From the NCBI GenBank assembly GCA_963704165.1, contig CAVPHD010000001.1:224001-288000 (forward strand): 64,000 nucleotides of DNA, given 5' to 3'. Numbering within the stretch: position 1 is the stretch's first letter; the number at the start of each line of letters is the position of its first letter. This stretch comes from an uncultured delta proteobacterium (lineage in GTDB: Bacteria; Myxococcota_A; UBA9160; SZUA-336). The notes beneath the pieces were generated by a model that was given only the letters and a program-made list of their open reading frames with translations, had not been told where the DNA came from and ran no database searches. Both the position numbers and the translations under genes were made by a program. Below are positions 38,685-48,234 of this stretch, one piece after another.

Positions 38685-40330
38685 GCGACACCGAGACGTT
38701 TCGCGTTCACGGGCTCGAGCTGGCGATCGACGAGCCGCTCGACCGGTTGCGCGGGCGCGCGCTCGAGGCCGCCGGGGTTTCGGTCGCGGAGCTGCGCGGC
38801 TATCGGATCGCGCGCCTCAGTCTCGACGCGCGGCGCGTCGGCCGGGTACGGCGGCTGCGCTTCGTCGCACAGGCCGACCTGGTGCTCGACGCGGGAGCGA
38901 GGAGCGCCGGGCTCGAACGCGCGCTGCGCTCGGGACGCGTCGTGCGCGCCCCCGGGATCGGCCGGCTCGAAGTCGATTCCGTGCACGGATCGCTCGACGG
39001 CGCGCGCGTGGCGGTGCTCGGCGCCGGACCGGCGGGCCTGTTCGCCGCGCTCGTGCTCTCGCGAAACGGCGTCGCGGTCGATCTCGTCGATCGCGGCGCT
39101 CCGATCCGCGAGCGCGCACGCGATCTCAACGCTTTCCACCGCACGCGTGTTCCGAACACGGAGAGCAACCTGCTCTTCGGGGAGGGCGGAGCCGGCACGT
39201 ACTCGGACGGGAAGCTCTACACGCGTGTGGATCACCCGCTCGAGGTACCGCTGCTCGACGAGCTCGTCGCCTGCGGTGCACCGCCCGAGATCCGCTACGA
39301 CGCCCGCGCGCACGTCGGCACGGACCGCCTGCACCGGATCCTGCCCGAGCTCCGGGCGCGGCTCGAGGCCGCGGGCGTGCGATTCCACTGGAGGACGCGC
39401 GTGGATCGGCTCGCGCTCGATGTGCGCGATCCGGGCCGGGTGCGCGGGCTCGTGACCGAGCGCGGCGAGATCGAGACGCGCGCCCTGATCCTCGCTCCGG
39501 GGCACAGCGCACGCGACACCTGGCGCGCGCTCGCTGCGCAGGGAATCGAGTTCGAGGCAAAGCCGTTCCAGCTCGGCGTTCGGATCGAGCACCCACAGGC
39601 GCTCGTCGACCGCGGTCGACACGGGGACGGACCGGAGGCGAAGCAGCTCGGCCCCGCCTACTACGGTCTGACCTGCAAGCCGGGCGATGGCGCACCGGGC
39701 GCGCACAGCTTCTGCATGTGCCCGGGCGGCATCGTCGTGGCGAGTGTCTCGGCCCCGGGATTCCTCTGCACGAACGGGATGAGCAACTCGCGACACTCCT
39801 CTGCGTACGCGAACGCCGCGATCGTGACGACGCTGGGACCGGGCGAGTTCGGATCCGGAGTCTTCGCAGGGGTCGAGCTCCAGGAGTCGCTCGAACGGCG
39901 ATTCTTCGACGCGGGCGGCGGCGACTACACCGCGCCCGCTCAATCGGCGCCCGACTTCCTCGCCGGAACGACGAGCACCGAGACGATCCGATCGAGCTAC
40001 CGCTTCGGCACCACGCCGGCGCGGATCGACGCGCTCCTGCCCGATCGCGTCCGCGATGCGCTGCGACACGCGCTCGTCCGCTTCGAGCGCTCGATCCCGG
40101 GATTCGCGGGCGCCGAGGGGCTCTTGATCGGGCTCGAATCGCGGAGCTCGGGTCCGATCCGGATTCCGCGCGACCGCGACACGTTCCGCGCGCGCGGCTT
40201 CGCGAATCTGTTTCCCGTCGGCGAGGGCGCCGGCTACGCGGGGGGCATCATGAGCGCCGCGATCGACGGCGCTCGCGCAGCGCAGGCTTTGCTCGTCCAC
40301 GGCGCTTCGGTGCCCGGACGCGCATCGTGA
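38681..40330 (+). CDS. NAD(P)/FAD-dependent oxidoreductase (uncharacterised FAD-dependent dehydrogenase)
   Basis: VLGAGPAGLFAA, FGEGGAGTYSDGKL, SFCMCPGG and GEGAGYAGGIMSAAIDG; GTG start overlapping the upstream stop. Confidence 0.9.
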   Translation: MSDTETFRVHGLELAIDEPLDRLRGRALEAAGVSVAELRGYRIARLSLDARRVGRVRRLRFVAQADLVLDAGARSAGLERALRSGRVVRAPGIGRLEVDSVHGSLDGARVAVLGAGPAGLFAALVLSRNGVAVDLVDRGAPIRERARDLNAFHRTRVPNTESNLLFGEGGAGTYSDGKLYTRVDHPLEVPLLDELVACGAPPEIRYDARAHVGTDRLHRILPELRARLEAAGVRFHWRTRVDRLALDVRDPGRVRGLVTERGEIETRALILAPGHSARDTWRALAAQGIEFEAKPFQLGVRIEHPQALVDRGRHGDGPEAKQLGPAYYGLTCKPGDGAPGAHSFCMCPGGIVVASVSAPGFLCTNGMSNSRHSSAYANAAIVTTLGPGEFGSGVFAGVELQESLERRFFDAGGGDYTAPAQSAPDFLAGTTSTETIRSSYRFGTTPARIDALLPDRVRDALRHALVRFERSIPGFAGAEGLLIGLESRSSGPIRIPRDRDTFRARGFANLFPVGEGAGYAGGIMSAAIDGARAAQALLVHGASVPGRAS

Positions 40331-41694
40331 ACTGGCTGCTCGTCGCGCTCTTCGGCTACGTGGGAGCGCAGCTCGTGGTCGGGCTCGTGGTCTCGCGCCG
40401 CGTCGCGAGCGAATCGGATTACCTGATCGCCGGGCGGAAGCTCGGCCCGGCGCTGGTCGTGTTCTCGATGTTCGCGACCTGGTTCGGCGCGGAGAGCTGC
40501 ATCGGCGCGGCTGGAGCCGTGTACGAGCACGGCCTTTCGGGCGCGCGGGCGGATCCCTTCGGCTACGCGGGCTGTCTGTTCCTGCTCGGCGCGGTCTTCG
40601 CCGTTCCGCTCTGGCGACGCAAGCTCACCACGCTCGGCGATCTCTTCGCGTGGCGCTTCGGACCGCGCGTCGAGAAGCTCGCAGTGCTCCTGATGGCGCC
40701 GACCTCGGTGCTCTGGGCAGCCGCGCAGATCCGCGCCTTCGGGCAGGTCGTCGCGATCTCGTCGGGATTCGAGCTCGAGCTCGCGATCGGGCTCTCGGCC
40801 GCCGTCGTGATCCTGTACACCGCCGCGGGCGGACTTCTCGCCGATGCGGTCACCGACCTGATCCAGGGCGGCACGCTGATCGTCGGCTTGATCGTGCTCG
40901 CGATCGCGGTCTTCGTGTCGGGGGACGCGACCTTCGCGAGCCTCGCCGAGACGAGCCGGTCGTTTGCACCGGTGCAGACGAGCTGGCTCGAGCGCGCGGA
41001 GTCGTGGGCGATTCCGGTTTTTGGATCGGTGCTCGCGCAGGAGATGGTCGCGCGCGTGCTCGCCGCGCGATCGCCCGAGCTCGCGCGCGGCGGCGCGTTC
41101 GCGGCCAGCGGCCTCTACCTCGCGATCGGCGTGATTCCCGTGGGACTCGCGCTCGTCGGCGCGCGAACTCTGCCGGGACTCGAAGACCCCGAACAGATCC
41201 TGCCGCGCATGGCGCTCGAACACTTCCCGCTCTGGTTCTACGCGATCTTCGCGGGGTCGTTGATCTCGGCGATTCTCTCCACCGTCGACAGCGCGCTTCT
41301 CGCGGCCGCCTCGCTCGTCTCGCACAATCTGATCGTGCCGTTCCGGCCCGACATGGACGACCGGAGCAAGCTGCGGCTCGCTCGGATCTGCGTGGTCGCG
41401 TTCGGGATCGTCTCGTACCTGCTCGCGCTGCACGCGGACGGCGTCTACGCGCTGATCGAGGCGGCGGCCGCGTTCGCGAGCGCGGGCGTCGTGGTGAGCG
41501 CGAGCTTCGGGCTCTTCACCCGGATCGGCGGGGCGCGCAGCGCCGCTGCTGCGCTCGTGACCGGCGCGCTCGTCTGGTCGATCTCGGTTCTCGGCGAGCT
41601 GCTCGTCGCGCCCTATCTCGCATCGTTCGCGGCCTCGGCGCTGGCCTATCTCGCGACTTCGGCGTTCGAGCGGCCGGAGCCGAGCGAAGCATGA
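40327..41694 (+). CDS. Sodium:solute symporter family protein
   Basis: DYLIAGRKLG, FATWFGAES, GGLLADAVTDLIQG and SAILSTVDSALL. Confidence 0.9.
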   Translation: MNWLLVALFGYVGAQLVVGLVVSRRVASESDYLIAGRKLGPALVVFSMFATWFGAESCIGAAGAVYEHGLSGARADPFGYAGCLFLLGAVFAVPLWRRKLTTLGDLFAWRFGPRVEKLAVLLMAPTSVLWAAAQIRAFGQVVAISSGFELELAIGLSAAVVILYTAAGGLLADAVTDLIQGGTLIVGLIVLAIAVFVSGDATFASLAETSRSFAPVQTSWLERAESWAIPVFGSVLAQEMVARVLAARSPELARGGAFAASGLYLAIGVIPVGLALVGARTLPGLEDPEQILPRMALEHFPLWFYAIFAGSLISAILSTVDSALLAAASLVSHNLIVPFRPDMDDRSKLRLARICVVAFGIVSYLLALHADGVYALIEAAAAFASAGVVVSASFGLFTRIGGARSAAAALVTGALVWSISVLGELLVAPYLASFAASALAYLATSAFERPEPSEA

Positions 41695-42611
41695 GAAACG
41701 TGCACGAGCGCGCCGGGCTTCTCTTCGCGGCGTACTGCGTCGTGAACGGGGCGTTCGTCCCCGGAGTGGCCAAGCTCACCACGCTCGCCGCGAGCGGGCT
41801 CGCGATCGCGCTCGGAACGAGCGCGTTCGCCGCGGTGTGCGCGCTCGCGCTGCTCGCCTGGCGCGGCGAGCTTGGGCAGCTCGTCGAGCGGAGCCAGGCG
41901 CCGGTCCTGATCGCGGTCGGCGCGCTCGGCACCGCGCTCGCCTTCCTGCTCTTCTTCGAGGGCGCCCGGCGGGTGAGCGCGATCGACACCGCGGTCTGCG
42001 TGCAGACCGAGCCCGTCTACGCGTTGATCGGCGCGCGCGTCTTCCTCGGCCACGCGCTTCGCCCGCGTCGAGTGCTCGCGGTCGGCGCGATCCTCGCGGG
42101 CATCGCGCTGGTACTCGGCGCGCGTCCGCTCGAGGGATCGCTCGGCGTCGGGCTCCTGCTCGCGACGCCGCTCGCGTGGCAGAGCTCGCACTGGATCGCC
42201 TTGCGCGGGCTCGAAGGCGTCAACCCGCGCCTGCTGACGGCCGCGCGCTACGTGTACGGAACGCTCGTGCTTCTGCCGCTCTGGCTCGCCGTCGACGGCA
42301 TCGCCTCGCTGCCCTCGGGTGACGAGCTGGCCGCACTCCTGCCGATCGTCGCGGCTCAGGGCGCGCTGCTCTCGTACGGCGGAACGCTCGCCTGGTACGC
42401 GTCGATCAAGCGCCTCGACCTCGCACGCACGACGGCGATCGTCGTCCCTTCGGGGCCGCTGCTCTCGCTCGTCGCGTCGTACTTCCTGGTCGACGAGCTC
42501 GTGACGCTGCGGCAGATGGTCGGCTTCGCGCTGACGACATCGGGCGTACTCGTCTTCGCCCTCGGCCAGGGTGTGACTTCGTCGTCCGGGTACACTTCCG
42601 ACCATGACTAG
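41691..42611 (+). CDS. DMT/EamA family transporter
   Basis: About 10 hydrophobic helices in two repeats; QTEPVYA...FLGH and FLVDELVT. Confidence 0.82.
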   Translation: MRNVHERAGLLFAAYCVVNGAFVPGVAKLTTLAASGLAIALGTSAFAAVCALALLAWRGELGQLVERSQAPVLIAVGALGTALAFLLFFEGARRVSAIDTAVCVQTEPVYALIGARVFLGHALRPRRVLAVGAILAGIALVLGARPLEGSLGVGLLLATPLAWQSSHWIALRGLEGVNPRLLTAARYVYGTLVLLPLWLAVDGIASLPSGDELAALLPIVAAQGALLSYGGTLAWYASIKRLDLARTTAIVVPSGPLLSLVASYFLVDELVTLRQMVGFALTTSGVLVFALGQGVTSSSGYTSDHD

Positions 42612-43071
42612 CCATTCCGCGCAGGCGTTCATCGAGTCTCCCGAGGCCGCCGCACTGACCGGGATTCCCGAGCCCGATCGAAACGACGTCGCGCTCCGGA
42701 TCTTCTCGGCGCTGAGTGCGGTCGGCACGCCGCTCGAGAAGCTCGGCGCGAGCGAAGCGCATGGCTGGCTGCTGCACGCGATCCCCGACGAGTTCCGGCC
42801 GCGCGACCCGCTCGCCGTCCACTTGGTCCCGGTGCTGCGCGCATTGCTCGACTTCGCCGAGCGCAGCGCTTCGCGAACACTCGACTCGCTGCGCACGGCC
42901 TGTGAGGATCTCGTGCCCGAGCTCGAAGGCGTTCTGGTCTCCGGCCGGTCGCACCATCACGAGACCGAGATGCCCGAGGCGCCCTACGTGCGCGCCTCGC
43001 CGAAGGTCGGCCGGAACGACCCCTGCCCGTGCGGCTCAGGGAAGAAGTTCAAGAAGTGCCACGGGGCGTGA
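42604..43071 (+). CDS. SEC-C metal-binding motif protein
   Basis: C-terminal [21 protein letters not shown]. Confidence 0.88.
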   Translation: MTSHSAQAFIESPEAAALTGIPEPDRNDVALRIFSALSAVGTPLEKLGASEAHGWLLHAIPDEFRPRDPLAVHLVPVLRALLDFAERSASRTLDSLRTACEDLVPELEGVLVSGRSHHHETEMPEAPYVRASPKVGRNDPCPCGSGKKFKKCHGA

Positions 43072-44124
43072 CTACCAGTCGAGTACCGTCGCGAAGATCA
43101 ACGGCGCGACGATCGTGGCGTCGGACTCGATCAGGAACATCGGCGTGTTCTCGTCGAGCTTGCCCCAGGTGATCTTCTCGCTCGGGAAGGCTCCGCTGTA
43201 CGAACCGTAGCTCGTGGTCGAGTCGCTGATCTGGCAGAAGTAGCCCCAGTAGGGGCAGGATCGGCGCAGATCCTGATGGATCATCGGAACGACGCAGATC
43301 GGGAAGTCCCCCGCGATTCCGCCGCCGATCTGGAAGAAGCCGACCGTCGCGCGCGCCTCCGACGCGGGAATCGCGCGCATGTGCACGGCGTCGTGGTCGT
43401 CGGACGCTTCGACCGCGGGCAGCTCTTCGAGCGTCTTGCCCATCGTCGTCTGCACGTACCAGCGCGCGAGCTCGGCCATGGACTCGAGCCCGCTCTTCAC
43501 GATCTGGAAGTTCGAGAGCTGACCCGAGAGCACGTGCGCGACGTAGATGTTGCCGAGCGTCGAGTCCTCCCAGCCGGGCACGAAGATCGGCAGGTTCTTC
43601 TCCGCCGCGGCGAGCAGCCACGATCCGGCGGGGTCGATCTGGTAGCTGTCGCGGACCCTTCCTTCGAGCAGAAGCTGGTACATGATCTCGTGCGGGAAGT
43701 AGCGCTTGCGCTGCTGGTCGGCGCGCACCCAGAGGTCGAGCACGTGCTTCTCGATCGCGCGGAAGGCCTTGTCCTCGGGAATGCAGGTGTCGGTGACGCG
43801 GTTCAGCCCGGCGCGTTCGAGCGCCTTCTCGTCGGCCGGCGTCAGGTTTCGCCAGTTCGGAATCCGCTTGTAGTGATCGTGCGCGACCAGGTTGAAGACG
43901 TCCTCCTCGAGGTTCGCCCCGGTGCACGAGATCGCGTGCACCTTCCCGCGGCGGATCATCTCGGCGAGCGAGAGCCCGAGCTCGGCGGTGCTCATCGCGC
44001 CCGCCATCGCGACCATCATCTTCCCACCGCCCGCGAGATGAGCCGTGTAGCCGTTCGCCGCATCGGCCAGCGCGGCGGCGTTGAAGTGCCGGTAGTGGGT
44101 GCGAACGAACTCCGAGATCTTCAT
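43072..44124 (-). CDS. Deoxyhypusine synthase-like protein
   Basis: AGAMSTAELG, ISCTGANLEED, NRVTD, IGGGIAGDF and SYSGA..SEKITWGKL. Confidence 0.92.
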   Translation of the reverse strand: MKISEFVRTHYRHFNAAALADAANGYTAHLAGGGKMMVAMAGAMSTAELGLSLAEMIRRGKVHAISCTGANLEEDVFNLVAHDHYKRIPNWRNLTPADEKALERAGLNRVTDTCIPEDKAFRAIEKHVLDLWVRADQQRKRYFPHEIMYQLLLEGRVRDSYQIDPAGSWLLAAAEKNLPIFVPGWEDSTLGNIYVAHVLSGQLSNFQIVKSGLESMAELARWYVQTTMGKTLEELPAVEASDDHDAVHMRAIPASEARATVGFFQIGGGIAGDFPICVVPMIHQDLRRSCPYWGYFCQISDSTTSYGSYSGAFPSEKITWGKLDENTPMFLIESDATIVAPLIFATVLDW

Positions 44125-44171
44125 CGGCGGCTCCCTCCGGGCGCGAAGCTTAGCGTAGGATAGGAGCCGAT

Positions 44172-45224
44172 ATGACCGACCGACAGGAAATATTCGCCGG
44201 CACGCAGCCCGTCCTGGAGCGCCACCAGATCGACGTCGAGCGTCTTGCGGCGTGGATGCGCGCGCACGTTCCCGGTTTTCACGGAACGTTGGCGGTGGAC
44301 CAGTTCCGCGGCGGGCAATCGAACCCGACCTACCGCGTCGAGGCCGGCGGCACGCGCTACGTCGTGCGACGCAAGCCGCCCGGCCAGCTTCTGAAGTCGG
44401 CGCATGCGGTGGACCGCGAGTACCGCGTGCTCTCGGCGCTCCAGGCCACGGACGTGCCCGTGCCGCGCACCTACGCGCTCTGCACCGACGAGTCCGTCAT
44501 CGGCACCTGGTTCTACGTGATGGAGTGCGTCGAGGGCCGCGTGCTCTGGGAGCCGCATCTGCCCGACTGCACGCCGGCCGATCGCTTCGCGATCTACGAC
44601 TCACTCTGCGACGTGCTGGCGCGCCTTCACTCCGTGGACGTGCGCGCGCTCGGACTCGAGAACTTCGGGCGCCCGGGAAACTACTTCGCGCGTCAGCTCT
44701 CGCGCTGGACCCGGCAGTACGTGGCCTCGCAGACGCAAGCCGTGCGCGAGATGGACCTGCTCATGGAGTGGCTGCCGCGCACGATCCCGCCCGGCGACGA
44801 GACGTCCCTGATCCACGGCGACTTCAAGCTCGACAACACGATCCTGCACCCGACCGAGCCGCGCGTGATCGCGATCCTCGACTGGGAGATCTCGACGCTG
44901 GGGCACCCGCTCGGGGATTTCACGTACCTGTGCATGCCCTGGTTCGAGGGCGGCGCGTTCGAGGAGCTCGATCTCGCGAGCCACGGCCTGCCGAGCCTCG
45001 ACGAATACGCGGCAGCGTACTGCCGGCGCACCGGACGCGACGACATCGAGTCCTTCGACTGGTACGCGGCGTACCAGATGTACCGCGCGGCTTGCATCTA
45101 TCAGGGCATTCTCGGGCGCGTGCGTGACGGAACCGCCGCGAGCGACAACGCCACGTCGATCGCGGACGTGGTGCCGCGACTCTCGCGCATCGCCTGGGCG
45201 ATTGCCGAGAGACTCGGCGCTTGA
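44172..45224 (+). CDS. Phosphotransferase family protein (APH-like, ACAD10/11 N-terminal type)
   Basis: QFRGGQSNPTY, SAHAVDREYRV, HGDFKLDN and LDWEISTLGHP. Confidence 0.92.
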   Translation: MTDRQEIFAGTQPVLERHQIDVERLAAWMRAHVPGFHGTLAVDQFRGGQSNPTYRVEAGGTRYVVRRKPPGQLLKSAHAVDREYRVLSALQATDVPVPRTYALCTDESVIGTWFYVMECVEGRVLWEPHLPDCTPADRFAIYDSLCDVLARLHSVDVRALGLENFGRPGNYFARQLSRWTRQYVASQTQAVREMDLLMEWLPRTIPPGDETSLIHGDFKLDNTILHPTEPRVIAILDWEISTLGHPLGDFTYLCMPWFEGGAFEELDLASHGLPSLDEYAAAYCRRTGRDDIESFDWYAAYQMYRAACIYQGILGRVRDGTAASDNATSIADVVPRLSRIAWAIAERLGA

Positions 45225-47377
45225 TCCACTTCGACCCCGAGACACGCACCTGGAATCTGGTGCTCGCGACGAGCCATCACGCGCTCCGCGCGGATCCCGA
45301 CGGGCGGGTCGTGTGTCTCGGAAGCGGACCGCGAGCGCCGGGCCCGATGCAGCCGATCGCGAGCGGCCGACTTCCCGACGATCCCTTTCCGCGCATCGGC
45401 GTCGACCGGCAGGGACGCCGCGACGAAGTCGTGACCTTCGGCGATCACACCTGGCACGAGCCGACGCTCGCGGTCTCGTTTCCCGGCGCGGCCGGTGCGC
45501 TCCCGGTCCGCGACGTCCGGCTGCGCTACGCCTCGCACGAGATCGATCGCGCACCGGACGGACGCGAGACGCTGCGCATCCGGCTCGACGATCCAGTGCA
45601 GCCGTTTCGCGTCTGGCTCTGCCTGCGGATCGACGTCGAGCACGACGTGATCGAGCGCTGGCTCGAGCTCGAGAACGGCGGCGCGAACGCGGTGCAGATC
45701 GACCAGCTCGGCTTCGGCACGCTGCACCTGCCCGCGGGGCGCTGGGATCTCACGCACGCTTCGGGCGGCTGGGCGGCCGAGTTCCAGACCGAGCGCGTAC
45801 GCCTGCCCGTCGGCACGACGTCACTCGAGAGCCGCTCGGTGCACACGGGTTTCGTGCACCACCCGTTCTTCCTGCTCTCGCCGGCCGACGGGGCGACGGA
45901 GGAACACGGGACGGTGTACTTCGGCCAGCTCGCCTGGTCGGGAAGCTGGCGGCTCGCCTTCGAGCAGCGGCCGAACTCCGCGCTCCACGTGCACGGCGGC
46001 TACAACCCGTTCGACTTCGCGCTCGAGCTCGCACCGGGCGAGCGACACGTGACGCCGATCCTGATCCACGGCGCCTGCGCCGACGGGTTCTCGGGCGCGA
46101 GCCAGCGCATGCACGCGTTCCTGCGCGCCCACGTGCTGCCGCAGACCTCGCCGCCCGAGCCCGTCCGCCCCGTTCTGTACAACTCCTGGGAGGCGAGCTA
46201 CTTCGCGCTCTCGCTCGAGAGTCAGATCGCGCTCGCGCGCAAGAGCGCAGCGATCGGCGTCGAACTCTTCTGTGTCGATGACGGCTGGTTCGGCGGGCGC
46301 CGGAGCGACACGGCCGGACTCGGCGACTGGCACGTCTCGCGCGACGTCTTCCCGACGGGTCTTCGTCCGCTCGCCGACGAGGTGCACCGGCTCGGCATGA
46401 AATTCGGCCTCTGGGTCGAGCCCGAGATGGTGAACCCCGATTCGGATCTGTACCGCGCCCATCCCGACTGGGTGCTGCACTTTCCGGATCGCCCGCGCAC
46501 GGAGCATCGCCACCAGCTCATCCTCGACTTCGGACGACCCGAGGTCGTCGCGCACCTCGCGGGCGTGCTCGAACGGATCGTCGCCGGGAACGACGTCGAC
46601 TTCCTGAAATGGGACATGAACCGCTCCGCGACCGAGCCCGGAAGCGTCGTCGGAAAGGCGATCTGGCGCCGCCACGCCGAAGCGGTCTATGCGCTGATGG
46701 ACGGCCTGCGAAGGCTCTTTCCGGGGCTTTCGATCGAGAGCTGCTCGAGCGGTGGCGGACGTGTCGATGCCGGGATCCTCGCGCGCACCGATCAGTTCTG
46801 GACCAGCGACAACACCGATGCGCTCACGCGTGTGTCGATCCAGGAAGGGGCGAGCCTGGCGTATCCGGCGCGCGCGATGTGCTGCTGGGTGACTCACGAG
46901 CGCAATCACCAGACCGGGCGCCGGCTCGACCTGTCGACGCGCTTCGACGTCGCGATGCGCGGCGCGCTCGGAATCGGATCGGATCTGAACACGCTCGACG
47001 AAGCCGAGCTCTCCGAGTACGCGAGCTGGATCGCCTTCTACAAGCGCATTCGCAACACCGTGCAGAACGGCGTGTGTCATCGGCTCCAGAGACTGGAGCC
47101 TGCCGGCACGTCGATCGTCGAGTACGTGCTTCCCGATGCGAGCGAGGCCGTCGTATCGACGGTCGCCGTCGAGCGGCGGATCGCGCAGCTCGTTCCACCG
47201 GCGCGCCTGCGCGGCCTCGATCCGACGGCGCTCTACGCGGCCTTCGACCGGGACGATCGCGAATACGTTCGCGCGCGAGGCGCGGAGCTGATGGCGCTCG
47301 GGCTCGATCCGAACCTGGGCACCGGGCGCTACGGACCCGGCTACAGCCGCACGCTCTGGCTGCGCAAGACCGACTGA
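45221..47377 (+). CDS. Alpha-galactosidase, glycoside hydrolase family 36
   Basis: YNSWEA, VDDGWFG, FGLWVEPEMVN, KWDMNR (nucleophile), CSSGGGRVD and WTSDNTD (acid/base). Confidence 0.93.
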   Translation: MIHFDPETRTWNLVLATSHHALRADPDGRVVCLGSGPRAPGPMQPIASGRLPDDPFPRIGVDRQGRRDEVVTFGDHTWHEPTLAVSFPGAAGALPVRDVRLRYASHEIDRAPDGRETLRIRLDDPVQPFRVWLCLRIDVEHDVIERWLELENGGANAVQIDQLGFGTLHLPAGRWDLTHASGGWAAEFQTERVRLPVGTTSLESRSVHTGFVHHPFFLLSPADGATEEHGTVYFGQLAWSGSWRLAFEQRPNSALHVHGGYNPFDFALELAPGERHVTPILIHGACADGFSGASQRMHAFLRAHVLPQTSPPEPVRPVLYNSWEASYFALSLESQIALARKSAAIGVELFCVDDGWFGGRRSDTAGLGDWHVSRDVFPTGLRPLADEVHRLGMKFGLWVEPEMVNPDSDLYRAHPDWVLHFPDRPRTEHRHQLILDFGRPEVVAHLAGVLERIVAGNDVDFLKWDMNRSATEPGSVVGKAIWRRHAEAVYALMDGLRRLFPGLSIESCSSGGGRVDAGILARTDQFWTSDNTDALTRVSIQEGASLAYPARAMCCWVTHERNHQTGRRLDLSTRFDVAMRGALGIGSDLNTLDEAELSEYASWIAFYKRIRNTVQNGVCHRLQRLEPAGTSIVEYVLPDASEAVVSTVAVERRIAQLVPPARLRGLDPTALYAAFDRDDREYVRARGAELMALGLDPNLGTGRYGPGYSRTLWLRKTD

Positions 47378-47389
47378 GCGGAGCCGCGC

Positions 47390-48070
47390 CTACGGCGCGA
47401 CGCAGCCGGTCGCGCCGCGCTCTTCGCAGAGGCGATAACCGAGCCGGTCCGCCCAATACGCGAGTGCCGTATCGACGTCTTCCCACTTGCTCCAGACGGC
47501 GCTCGGGTTCTTGGTGCCCACGCGGCTGTCGACTCCCTCGAAGAGCGTCTCACCGGTCGCCGCGTCGCTGATCTTCACTTCCACGCTCGCCTCACCGACG
47601 AACGCGGGTCGCCCGGTGGCGACGGCCTTCAGCGTCGAGATCGCGAGCCCGACCGGAACGATCGTCGAGATGGTGTCGAGCGTCGGGTACGAGCGCTCAG
47701 CGCTCGTGATCGCGGCGGCGATTCGCAATGCGCCGGGCTCGGGCGTCGACACCAGCGCGTAGTCCTTCGAGAGCCGGGCGTGGACCAGCGCGAAGAGATG
47801 ATTCGCGATGGTCGTCCGGTCCTCCTTCGAAAGCTCGTTCATCTGCGAGTCCGGTCCCGTCCAGATCGTGACCGGCTCGAGCAGGATCCTGTCGTACTTC
47901 TTGAAGTCGGCGCTCGGATTCTCGTACACCTTCAGCGCGCCACCGTCGGGTCCGTCCACGAGCCTGGAGTAGTCGCCGAGGAATCCCGACTGACGCACGT
48001 CGCGCGCCTGGCGCGTGACTCCGCAGGCAACGAGCGCGATGACCGAGATCAGAACCAATGCGAATCGCAT
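47390..48070 (-). CDS. DUF3313 family lipoprotein
   Basis: Lipobox LVAC; SGFLGDYSRL, YDRILLEPV and EVKISDAATGE. Confidence 0.85.
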   Translation of the reverse strand: MRFALVLISVIALVACGVTRQARDVRQSGFLGDYSRLVDGPDGGALKVYENPSADFKKYDRILLEPVTIWTGPDSQMNELSKEDRTTIANHLFALVHARLSKDYALVSTPEPGALRIAAAITSAERSYPTLDTISTIVPVGLAISTLKAVATGRPAFVGEASVEVKISDAATGETLFEGVDSRVGTKNPSAVWSKWEDVDTALAYWADRLGYRLCEERGATGCVAP

Positions 48071-48198
48071 CTACTTCTCCTTGAACCTGAAGATCGAACT
48101 CGTCGATGATCGCCACGGGCCTCACGGGCCGAAACCGCTCTGCCGGAACGCAATCCCTCTGCAATCTGACACGGGAGCCGTACTCGGGCAAATCCGGT

Positions 48199-48227
48199 TT
48201 GACCGCGGCGAAGGCGGCCGGTATGAA
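48199..48227 (+). promoter_or_regulatory. Putative sigma70 promoter
   Basis: TTGACC-N17-TATGAA, with an ATG 7 nt after the -10 element. Confidence 0.55.
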
Positions 48228-48234
48228 ACAGTCG

